Below, piece by piece: positions 11,501 through 23,900 of a stretch of 64,000 nt of DNA. Origin of the DNA: Eledone cirrhosa (Eukaryota). The translations under genes were made by a program, and so were the position numbers. Below the pieces are notes generated by a model, which saw only the letters and a program-made list of their open reading frames with translations, searched no databases and was not told the DNA's origin. The stretch lies in the NCBI GenBank assembly GCA_964016885.1, contig OZ024742.1, positions 3,844,001 through 3,908,000 on the forward strand, written 5' to 3'. The number at the start of each line of letters is the position of its first letter. Position 1 is the stretch's first letter.

Positions 11501-11686
11501 TACAGCATTCATTGAGATGTATTATTTGCTTAATGATGGCTGACCTAAATCTAAAAATAATAAACAAACTTGTACTAAAACGTCTATACGTGCTGCTCTC
11601 TCCGTTATCTACATTGGCTGATGCAGACCATGTGATAATATGGTTCTACAGATACCTGAAAAGTTGGGAAATTTATAATATTGAAT

Positions 11687-11689
<3 letters not shown>

Positions 11690-11757
<68 letters not shown>

Positions 11758-11784
11758 GCATGTGTGTGTGAAGATCATTTTACC

Positions 11785-11836
<52 letters not shown>

Positions 11837-11894
11837 TAGATAGATAGATAGATATATATGCATGTATGTGTGTGCGTGTGAACATCATTTTACT

Positions 11895-11935
<41 letters not shown>

Positions 11936-11974
11936 GCATGTATGTGTGTGTGTGTGAACATCATTTTACTCAAT

Positions 11975-12068
<94 letters not shown>

Positions 12069-12088
12069 AATGCATGTGTGTGAACATC
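11690..12088. repeat. Composite tandem repeat: variable (TA)n + GCATG(TG)nAACATCATTTTACTCAATAA, ~4 units
   Basis: The fixed motif recurs at ~11757, ~11860, ~11935 and ~12071, separated by (TA)n tracts of different lengths. Confidence 0.85.
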
Positions 12089-12390
12089 AATCATTGCTAA
12101 TCCTACTATATTATTTGAAAAAGTACTGTATCCAACATCTATAGCACAACACCAGATATAGTTTGTTTGGTATTTATTTATCCTCGAAACCTTACATAAC
12201 ATGAATTACAAATAAGTGGCATCTAATGCAAAGATAGATAGATGTACAAATTTGTATATAAATCTTCTGAAGGTTGAAAGGCCAGATTTTTTCCGATTCC
12301 CGTTGCTGATGACATAGATGCATCGATGTTAGCTTTGCTTTGATATTCCATGATCGTTTATTTATTTACTTTGTTACAAGTATCACTTTC

Positions 12391-12562
<172 letters not shown>

Positions 12563-12579
12563 GTATCGAGGGTGTGATA

Positions 12580-12680
12580 AGATCTTCTTCGGTATATAAT
12601 ACTCTGCATTCAAATAGAGCAGGAGACAGCTTTACTTTTCACCCTATCCTGATCCATAAATAAAATACGGGTCCAGTTCT
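12580..12680 (+). mobile_element. Degenerate SINE fragment
   Basis: CTCTGCATTCAAAT...CTTTACTTTTCACCCTATCCTGATCCATAAATAAAATAC weakly matches the B-box and central domain. Confidence 0.35.
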
Positions 12681-13590
12681 AAGCCAACTTTTATCATGTT
12701 CTCTTTAGAAATCATTTCTTTCAAGACTTGGAGATAAAAAATACCCCCGTCAGATTTAAATGTTTCTATGCTGCACCCTATGGTTCAATCAGGAGATTAG
12801 GTCCAATTAATGGGTCGATAAGGTATCTTCAATCACATAATCCAATTATCGATCCCTGAGGTGTAAAGTGTTGTTACATCTACGGCAGGTGAGACCATAT
12901 TTGTCAATGCTGTCTCATATGATCAATTGATGGGAGAAACGATTAAGCCGAATAAGTTGGTCGTTTTGGAGTTCGTAACCACCTATTGACTAGGAAATAG
13001 GACGAGGTATCTAGCAGGATCGTCAGTTTGAGTTAGAAATGAATCAGAGGAAAGCTATCATTGAAAGGTAGGTCGGAGGAGGCGAACGCATGCATCACCT
13101 TCTTCATATATTACAGCCTGTTCGTCGTCCCTTGTTCCAGTTCATTTCACATCAGATTAGAGTGACTGCTCTTTCAATTCTGGTCTGATGCCCCATTGGC
13201 TACAAACACCCTTTGCAGGACCTGGCATACAAAATCTATTGGTACATAGACATGCAGAAGGCTACGGCATTTGCATAGATTGCTAGATGATAATCATATG
13301 TGGTCACTCTTTATCAGGGGTGTATCCTTGGGTGAAGTGATTCTGGTCCTATTTTGAATGTTATGAGACACACACAGGCCTCTAGCAGTTCAGCAATGCA
13401 GTCAGTGGAAATTCAATGTTAGCGTTATATAATGTGCAAGAGTGACAGCGTTCGCCAAGAAACTCTAGACGCCGATCTGATAGAGCAATCTATCTGGTCT
13501 GCTTTTTTGAAAATTTGGATTATCAATCCTAATTTCCATTGCTGGTAGGAATAAGGGGACTTGTGCTTTTATTTATTTAATGTTATCCAG

Positions 13591-13821
13591 GGCGATGGAA
13601 TGGCAGTATTGGTAGAGTGTCGGACAACATTTGCTGAGGAATAGGGGTACGGCCCTTTACTTTCGAAGTTCAAATCCCGCCGATAATATCTTTTTCTCTC
13701 ATACTTTCGGGGTTGATAAAATAAAGTACCAGTAATGCACTGGGATCGATTTAATCGATTTTCACCTTTCACCAAAATTGTTGGCCTTATGCCTAAATGA
13801 GAAACCATTAATTTATTATTA
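13591..13821 (+). mobile_element. tRNA-derived SINE, longer subfamily
   Basis: GGCGATGGAATGGCAGTATTGG (A-box) ... AAGTTCAAATCC (B-box) ... CGGGGTTGATAAAATAAAGTACCAG. Has an extra ~30-bp segment (CGATTTAATCGATTTTCACCTTTCACCAAA) relative to the other copies. ATT tail. Confidence 0.88.
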
Positions 13822-14003
13822 CTTTAGAGCAGTCACGGCCAATTTCCCGCCCGTCCACTCCGTCCACCCCGTCCAGCCTCTCTCTGTGGCTTTTCTGTAT
13901 AAACTGTCTCTTCGTCCTCTGAAGATTCTGTCTAGCTGGATGATCCTGTGACTTCACAGGAAAGACACCGATGTAACAAGACACAAGTTTGGCCTTAAAT
14001 AAT

Positions 14004-14193
14004 GTATTTCTAGTTTAGGCACAAGGCCAGCAATTACCCAAGTGTATTGCTGGTGCTTTATTTCATCGACACCATAAGGATGAAAGGCAAAGTTAACCCC
14101 GTCGGGATTTGAACTCAGAAAGCAAAGGGTCATAACACTATGCTGCAAAGCATGGTATTTCAGGGTCTACCAATTCTTCCAATCCACCGTTTC
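14004..14193 (-). mobile_element. tRNA-derived SINE with 12-bp TSD
   Basis: Homologous to 465-650. GCCTTAAATAAT at 13992-14003 and 14194-14205. Confidence 0.9.
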
Positions 14194-14222
14194 GCCTTAA
14201 ATAATAAACACACACATGAATC

Positions 14223-14275
<53 letters not shown>

Positions 14276-14276
<1 letters not shown>

Positions 14277-14440
14277 CGAAGGAAATGTGGTAAGGAACCA
14301 GGTGGACCATAACGCACCAAAGTACTCAATACTTGAGGTAGTAGAGTGGGTAATAGAACCAGTAAGACCCCGACAGCTGAGCTCAGCTGAGAATTAGCCG
14401 TCGAAACGGCTTGAGCTCAGCTGTCGGGGTCTTACTGGTT

Positions 14441-14445
<5 letters not shown>
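14276..14445. mobile_element. (TA)n-flanked fold-back element, family 1 copy B
   Basis: Same unique segment as 3319. Perfect ~29-bp arms 14357-14385 / 14412-14440. (TA)n on both sides. Confidence 0.75.
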
Positions 14446-14490
<45 letters not shown>

Positions 14491-14491
<1 letters not shown>

Positions 14492-14660
14492 CGAAGGAGC
14501 TGTGGTAAGGAACCAGATGGACCATAACGCATCAGAGTACTCAATACTTATGGTAGTAGAGTGGTTAAAATGTTAGACCCCGCCGGCATAGCTCAAGCCG
14601 TTTCGAACTGGCCGTCTAAAGGGCTTGAGCTCTGCCGTCGAGGTCTAACATTTTCCTATA
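14491..14660. mobile_element. (TA)n-flanked fold-back element, family 1 copy C (older)
   Basis: ACGAAGGAGCTGTGGTAAGGAACCAGATGGACC..., with imperfect arms AAAATGTTAGACC...AGCTCAAGCC / GGCTTGAGCT...GGTCTAACATTTT. Confidence 0.72.
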
Positions 14661-14670
14661 TAAATATATA

Positions 14671-14742
<72 letters not shown>

Positions 14743-14812
14743 ATATATATATAAAGAGAGAGAGAGAGATAGTGAGAGAAAGAGACACTGAGTTACCAGT
14801 TTAGACGAGTAA

Positions 14813-14928
14813 GACCATAATCACCTAAGTACTTGGTAATTAGTGTGTATATATTGTTAATAGTTGCTGCCCGACGGCTGAGCTTATGCTGTTTCGACGG
14901 TGAATGGATAAATCATCCACTTGACGTC
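14813..14928. mobile_element. Diverged family-1-related fragment (copy D) abutting the satellite
   Basis: GACCATAATCACCTAAGTACT ~ GACCATAACGCACCAAAGTACT. CCCGACGGCTGAGCTTATGCTGTTTCGACGG ~ CCCGACGGCTGAGCTCAAGCCGTTTCGACGG. No mirrored arm. Confidence 0.6.
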
Positions 14929-14934
14929 TATAAT

Positions 14935-17900
14935 ATCAACTGTCAGACACCGTCAACTGTCAGACACCATCAACTGTCAGACACCATCAACTGTCGGACT
15001 CCATCAACTGTCGGACACCATCAACCGTCAGACACCATCAACCGTCAGACACCATGAACTGTCAGACACCATCAACTGTCAGACACCATCAACTGTCAGA
15101 CACCATCAACCATCAGACACAATCAAGTGTCGGGCACCATCAACAATCAAACACCATCAACTGTCAGACAACATCGACCGTCAGACACCATCAACTGTCA
15201 GACACCATGAACTGTCAGACACCATCAACTGTCAGACACCATCAACTGTCAGACACCATCAACCATCAGACACAATCAAGTGTCGGGCACCATCAACAAT
15301 CAGACACCATCAACTGTCAGACACCATCAACCGTCAGACACCATCAACCATCAGACACCATCAACCGTCAGACACCATCAACTGTCAGACACCATCAACC
15401 ATCAAACACCATCAACTGTCAGACACCATCAACCGTCAAGCACCATCAACTGTCAGACACCATCAACTGTCAGACACCATCAACTGTCAGACACCATCAA
15501 CCGTCAAGCACCATCAACTGTCAGACACCATCAACTGTCAGACAACATCAACCGTCAGACACCATCAACCGTCAGACACCATCAACCGTCAAGCACCATC
15601 AACTGTCAGACACCATCAACCGTCAAGCACCATCAACTGTCAGACACCATCAACTGTCAGACACCATCAACCGTCAGACACCATCAATTGTCGGACACCA
15701 TCAACTGTCAGACACCATCAACCGTCAGACACCATCAATTGTCGGACACCATCAACTGTCAGACACCATCAACAGTCAGACACCATCATCTGTCAGACAC
15801 CATCAACCATCAGACACAATCAACTCTCGGGCACCAACAGCCGTCAGACACCATCAACTGTCAGACACCATCAACCGTCAGACACAATCAACTGTCGGGT
15901 ACCATCAACTGTCAGACGCCATCAACTGTCAGACACCATCAACCGTCAGACACCATCAAGCGTCAGACACCATCAACTGTCAGACACCATCAACTGTCAG
16001 ACACCATCAACCATAAGACACCATCAAATGTCGGCCAACATCAACCGTCTGACACCATCAACTGTCAGACACCATCAACCGTCAGACACCATCAACTGTC
16101 AGACACCATGAACTGTCAGACACCATCAACCGTCAGACACCATCAACTATCAGACCCCATCAACTGTCAGACACCATCAACTGTCAGATACCATCAACCG
16201 TCAAGCACCATCAACTGTAAGACACCATCAACCGTCAGACACCATCAACTGTCAGACACCATCAACTGTCAGACACAATCAACCGTCAGACACCATCAAC
16301 TGTCAGACACCATCAACTGTCAGACACCATCAACTGTCAGACACCATCAACCGTCAAACACCATCAACTGTCAGACACCATCAAATGTCAGACACCATCA
16401 ACTGTCAGACACCATCAACCATCAGACACAATCAACTGTCAGACACCATCAACCGTCAAGCACCATCAACTGTCAGACACCATCAACCGCCAGACACAAT
16501 CAAATGTCAGACACCATCAACCATCAGACCATCAACTGTCAGACACCATCAACTGTCAGACACCATCAACCGTCAAGCACCATCAACTGTCAGACACCAT
16601 CAACCGTCAGACACCATCAACTGTCAGACACCATCAACTGTCAGACACCATCAACCGTCAGACACCATCAACCGTCATACACCATCAACTGTCAGACACC
16701 AACAACTGTCAGACACCATCAACCGTTAGACACACTCAACTGTCAGACACCATCAACTGTCAGACACCATCAATTGTCAGACACCATCAACTGTCAGACA
16801 CCATCAACTGTCAGACACCATCAACCGTCAGACATCATCAACCATCAGACACAATCAAGTGTCGGGCACCATCAACAATCAAACACCATCAACTGTCAGA
16901 CAACATCGACCGTCAGACACCATCAACTGTCAGACACCATGAACTGTCAGACACCATCAACTGTCAGACACCATCAACTGTCAGACACCATCAACCATCA
17001 GACACAATCAAGTGTCGGGCACCATCAACAATCAGACACCATCAACTGTCAGACACCATCAACCATCAAACACCATCAACTGTCAGACACCATCAACCGT
17101 CAAGCACCATCAACTGTCAGACACCATCAACTGTCAGACACCATCAACTGTCAGACACCATCAACCGTCAAGCACCATCAACTGTCAGACACCATCAACT
17201 GTCAGACAACATCAACCGTCAGACACCATCAACCGTCAGACACCATCAACCGTCAAGCACCATCAACTGTCAGACACCATCAACCGTCAAGCACCATCAA
17301 CTGTCAGACACCATCAACTGTCAGACACCATCAACCGTCAGACACCATCAATTGTCGGACACCATCAACTGTCAGACACCATCAACCGTCAGACACCATC
17401 AATTGTCGGACACCATCAACTGTCAGACACCATCAACAGTCAGACACCATCATCTGTCAGACACCATCAACCATCAGACACAATCAACTCTCGGGCACCA
17501 ACAGCCGTCAGACACCATCAACTGTCAGACACCATCAACCGTCAGACACAATCAACTGTCGGGTACCATCAACTGTCAGACGCCATCAACTGTCAGACAC
17601 CATCAACCGTCAGACACCATCAAGCGTCAGACACCATCAACTGTCAGACACCATCAACTGTCAGACACCATCAACCATAAGACACCATCAAATGTCGGCC
17701 AACATCAACCGTCTGACACCATCAACTGTCAGACACCATCAACCGTCAGACACCATCAACTGTCAGACACCATGAACTGTCAGGCACCATCAACCGTCAG
17801 ACACCATCAACTGTCAGACCCCATCAACTGTCAGACACCATCAACTGTCAGATACCATCAACCGTCAAGCACCATCAACTGTAAGACACCATCAACCGTC

Positions 17901-20900
17901 AGACACCATCAACTGTCAGACACCATCAACTGTCAGACACAATCAACCGTCAGACACCATCAACTGTCAGACACCATCAACTGTCAGACACCATCAACTG
18001 TCAGACACCATCAACCGTCAAACACCATCAACTGTCAGACACCATCAAATGTCAGACACCATCAACTGTCAGACACCATCAACCATCAGACACAATCAAC
18101 TGTCAGACACCATCAACCGTCAAGCACCATCAACTGTCAGACACCATCAACCGCCAGACACAATCAAATGTCAGACACCATCAACCATCAGACCATCAAC
18201 TGTCAGACACCATCAACTGTCAGACACCATCAACCGTCAAGCACCATCAACTGTCAGACACCATCAACCGTCAGACACCATCAACTGTCAGACACCATCA
18301 ACTGTCAGACACCATCAACCGTCAGACACCATCAACCGTCATACACCATCAACTGTCAGACACCAACAACTGTCAGACACCATCAACCGTTAGACACACT
18401 CAACTGTCAGACACCATCAACTGTCAGACACCATCAATTGTCAGACACCATCAACCGTCAGACACCATCAACCGACAGACACCATCAACTGTCAGACCGC
18501 ATCAACTGTCAGACACCATCAACTGTCCGACACCATCAATTGTCAGACCCCATCAACCGTCAGACACCATCAACTGTCAGACACCATCAACTGTCAGACA
18601 CCATCAACTGTCAGACACCATCAACCGTCAGACATCATCAACCGTCAGACACCATCAAACGTCAGACACCATAAACCGTCAGACACGATCAACCGTCAGA
18701 CACCATCAACCGTCAGACACCATCAATTGTCGGACACCATCAACTGTCAGACACCATCAACAGTCAGACACCATCATCTGTCAGACACCATCAACCATCA
18801 GACACAATCAACTCTCGGGCACCAACAACCGTCAGACACCATCAACTGTCAGACACCATCAACCGTCAGACACAATCAACTGTTGGGTACCATCAACTGT
18901 CAGACGCCATCAACTGTCAGACACCATCAACCGTCAGACACCATCAAGCGTCAGACACCATCAACTGTCAGACACCATCAACTGTCAGACACCATCAACC
19001 ATAAGACACCATCAAATGTCGGCCACCATCAACCGTCTGACACCATCAACTGTCAGACACCATCAACCGTCAGACACCATCAACTGTCAGACACCATGAA
19101 CTGTCAGACACCATCAACCGTCAGACACCATCAACTGTCAGACACCATCAACTGTCAGACACCATCAACTGTCAGATACCATCAACCGTCAAGCACCATC
19201 AACTGTAAGACACCATCAACCGTCAGACACCATCAACTGTCAGACACCATCAACTGTCAGACACCATCAACCGTCAGACACCATCAACTGTCAGACACCA
19301 TCAACTGTCAGACACCATCAACTGTCAGACACCTTCAACCGTCAAACACCATCAACTGTCAGACACCATCAAATGTCAGACACCATCAACTGTCAGACAC
19401 CATCAACCATCAGACACAATCAACTGTCAGACACCATCAACCGTCAAGCACCATCAACTGTCAGACACCATCAACCGCCAGACACAATCAAATGTCAGAC
19501 ACCATCAACCATCAGACCATCAACTGTCAGACACCATCAACTGTCAGACACCATCAACCGTCAAGCACCATCAACTGTCAGACACCATCAACCGTCAGAC
19601 ACCATCAACTGTCAGACACCATCAACTGTCAGACACCATCAACCGTCAGACACCATCAACCGTCATACACCATCAACTGTCAGACACCATCAACTGTCAG
19701 ACACCATCAACCGTCAGACACACTCAACTGTCAGACACCATCAACTGTCAGACACCAATCAATTGTCAGACACCATCAACCGTCAGACACCATCAACCGA
19801 CAGACACCATCAACTGTCAGACCGCATCAACTGTCAGACACCATCAACTGTCCGACACCATCAATTGTCAGACCCCATCAACCGTCAGACACCATCAACT
19901 GACAGACACCATCAACTGTCAGACACCATCAACTGTCAGACACCATCAACCGTCAGACATCATCAACCGTCAGACACCATCAAACGTCAGACACCATAAA
20001 CCGTCAGACACGATCAACCGTCAGACACGATCAACCGTCAGACACCATCAACTGTCAGACACCATCAACCGTCTAGCACCATCAACTGTCGGACACCATC
20101 AACTGTCAGACACCATCAACTGTTGGACACCATCAACCGTCAGATACCATCAACAGTCAGACACCATCAACAGTCAAACACCATCAACTGTCAGAAACCA
20201 TCAACCGTCAGACGCCATCAACCGTCAGACACCATCAACCGTCAGATACCATCAACCGTCAGACACCATCAACTGTCAGACACCATCAATTGTCAGACAC
20301 CACCATCAACCGTCAGATATCATCAACTGTCCGACACTATCAACAGTCAGACACCATCAACTGTCAGACACCATCAATTGTCAGACACCATCAACCGTCA
20401 GACACCATCAACCGTCAGATACCATTAACTGTCAGACACCATCAACAGTCAGACACCATCAACTGTCAGACACCATCAATTGTCAGACACCATCAACCGT
20501 CAGACACCATCAACTGTCAGACACCATCAACTGTCAGACACCATCAACTGTCAGACACCATCAACAGTCAGACATCATCAACTGTCAGACACCATCAACT
20601 GTCAGACACCATCAACAGTCAGACATCATCAACTGTCAGACACCATCAACTGTCAGACACCATCAACCGTCAGACACCATCAACTGTCAGACACCATCAA
20701 CCGTCAAGCACCATCAACTGTCAGACACCATCAACTGTCAGACAGCATCAACTGTCAGACACCATCAACTGTCGGACACCATCAACCGTCAGACACCATC
20801 AACTGTCAGACACCATCAACTGTCAGACACCATCAACCGTCGGACACCATCAAACGACAGACACCATCAACTGTCAGACCGCATCAACTGTCAGACACCA

Positions 20901-23900
20901 TCAACCGTCAGACACCATCAACCGTCAGACACCATCAACCGTCAGACACCATCAACCGTCAGACACCATCAACTGTCAGACACCATCAACTGTCGGACAC
21001 CATCAACCGTCAGACACCATCAACTGTCAGACACCATCAACTGTCAGACACCATCAACCGTCAAGCACCATCAACTGTCAGACACCATCAACCGTCAGAC
21101 ACCATCAACTGTCAGACACCATCAACTGTCGGACACCATCAACCGTCAGACACCATCAACTGTCAGACACCAACAACTGTCAGACACCATCAACCGTCAG
21201 ACACCATCAACCGACAGACACCATCAACTGTCAGACCGCATCAACTGTCAGACACCATCAACCGTCAGATACCATCAACCGTCAGACACCATCAACCGTC
21301 AGACACCATCAACCGTCAGACAACATCAACTGTCAGACACCATCAACTGTCAGACACCATCAACTGTCAGACACCATCAACCGTCAGACACCATCAACTG
21401 TCAGACACCGTCAACCGTCAGACACCATCAACCGTCAGACACCATCAACTGTCAGACACCATCAACCGTCAGACACCATCAACTGTCAGACACCATCAAC
21501 CGTCAGACATCATCAACCGTCAGACACCATCAAACGTCAGACACCATCAACCGACAGACACCATCAACTGTCAGACCGCATCAACTGTCAGACACCATCA
21601 ACTGTCAGACACCATCAATGGTCAGACCCCATCAACCGTCAGACACCATCAACTGTCAGACACCATCAACTGCCAGACACCATCAACAGTCAGACACCAT
21701 CAACTGTCAGACACCATCAACTGTCAGACACCATCAACCGTCAGACATCATCAACCGTCAGACACCATCAAACGTCAGACACCATCAACCGTCAGACACG
21801 ATCAAACGTCAGACACCATCAACTGACAGACACCATCAACTGTCAGACACCATCAACCGTCAAGCACCATCAACTGTCAGACACCATCAACTGTCAGACA
21901 CCATCAACTGTCCGACACCATCAACCATGAGACACCATCAACTGTCTGACACCATCAACCGTCTAAGCACAATCAACTGTCAGACACCATCAACTGTCAG
22001 ACACCATCAACCGTCGGACACCATCAACCGACAGACACCATCAACTGTTAGACCGCATCAACTGTCAGACACCATCAACCGTCAGACACCATCAACCGTC
22101 AGACACCATCAACCGTCAGACACAATCAACCGTCAGACACCATCAACTGTCAGACTCCATCAACTGTCAGACACCATCAACCGTCAGACTCCATCAACCG
22201 TCAGACACCATCAACCGTCAGACACCATCAACCGTCAGACACCATCAACTGTCAGACTCCATCAACTGTCAGACACCATCAACCGTCAAGCACCATCAAC
22301 TGTCAGACACCATCAACCGTCAGACACCATCAACTGTCAGACACCATCAACTGTCGGACACCATCAACCGTCAGACACCATCAACTGTCAGACACCATCA
22401 ACTGTCAGACACCATCAACCGTCAAGCACCATCAACTGTCAGACACCATCAACCGTCAGACACCATCAACTGTCAGACACCATCAACTGTCGGACACCAT
22501 CAACCGTCAGACACCATCAACTGTCAGACACCAACAACTGTCAGACACCATCAACCGTAAGACACCATCAACCGTCAGACACCATCAACTGTCAGACACC
22601 ATCAACCGTCAGACACCATCAACTGTCAGACACCATCAACCGTCAGACACCATCAACTGTCAGACACCATCAACCGTCAGACACCATCAACTGTCAGACA
22701 CCATCAACCGTCAGACATCATCGACCGTCAGACACCATCAAATGTCAGACACCATCAACCGACAGACACCATCAACTGTCAGACCGCATCAACTGTCAGA
22801 CACCATCAACTGTCAGACCCCATCAACCGTCAGACACCATCAACTGTCAGACACCATCAACTGCCAGACACCATCAACCGACAGACACCATCAACTGTCA
22901 GACCGCATCAACTGTCAGACACCATCAACCGTCAGACATCATCAACCGTCAGACACCATCAAACGTCAGACACCATCAACCGTCAGACACGATCAAACGT
23001 CAGACACCATCAACTGACAGACACCATCAACTGTCAGACACCATCAACCGTCAAGCACCATCAACTGTCAGACACCATCAACTGTCAGACACCATCAACT
23101 GTCCGACACCATCAACCATCAGACACCATCAACTGTCGGACACCATCAACTGTCGGACACCATCAACCGTCAGATACCATCAACTGTCAGACACCATCAA
23201 CTGTCAGACACCATCAACTGTCGGACACCATCAACCGTCAGATACCATCAACTGTCAGACACCATCAACCGTCAAGCACCATCAACTGTCAGACACCATC
23301 AACTGTCAGACACCATCAACTGTCAGACACCATCAACCATCTTACACCATCAACTGTCGGACACCATCAACCTTCTAAGCACCATCAACTGTCGGCCACC
23401 ATCAACTGTCAGACACCATCAACTGTCGGACACCATCAACCGTCAGATGCCATCAACTGTCAGACACCATCAACAGACAAACACCATCAACTGTCAGACA
23501 CCATCAACCGTCAGACGCCATCAACCGTCAGACACCATCAACCGTCAGATACCATCAACTGTCAGACACCATCAACAGTCAGACACCATCAACTGTCAGA
23601 CACCATCAATTGTCAGACACCATGAACCGTCAGACACCATCAACCGTCAGATACCATCAACTGTCAGACACTATCAACAGTCAGACACCATCAACTGTCA
23701 GACACCATCAATTGTCAGACACCATCAACCGTCAGACACCTTCAACCGTCAGATACCATCAACTGTCAGACACCATCAACAGTCAGACACCATCAACTGT
23801 CAGACACCATCAATTGTCAGACACCATCAACCGTCAGACACCATCAACTGTCAGACACCATCAACTGTCAGACACCATCAACAGTCAGACATCATCAACT

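Noticed and set aside
12770-13550. Possible decayed retroelement coding sequence (e.g. YARSCKGC on the minus strand)
   Set aside because: Multiple stops and no convincing continuous domain similarity.
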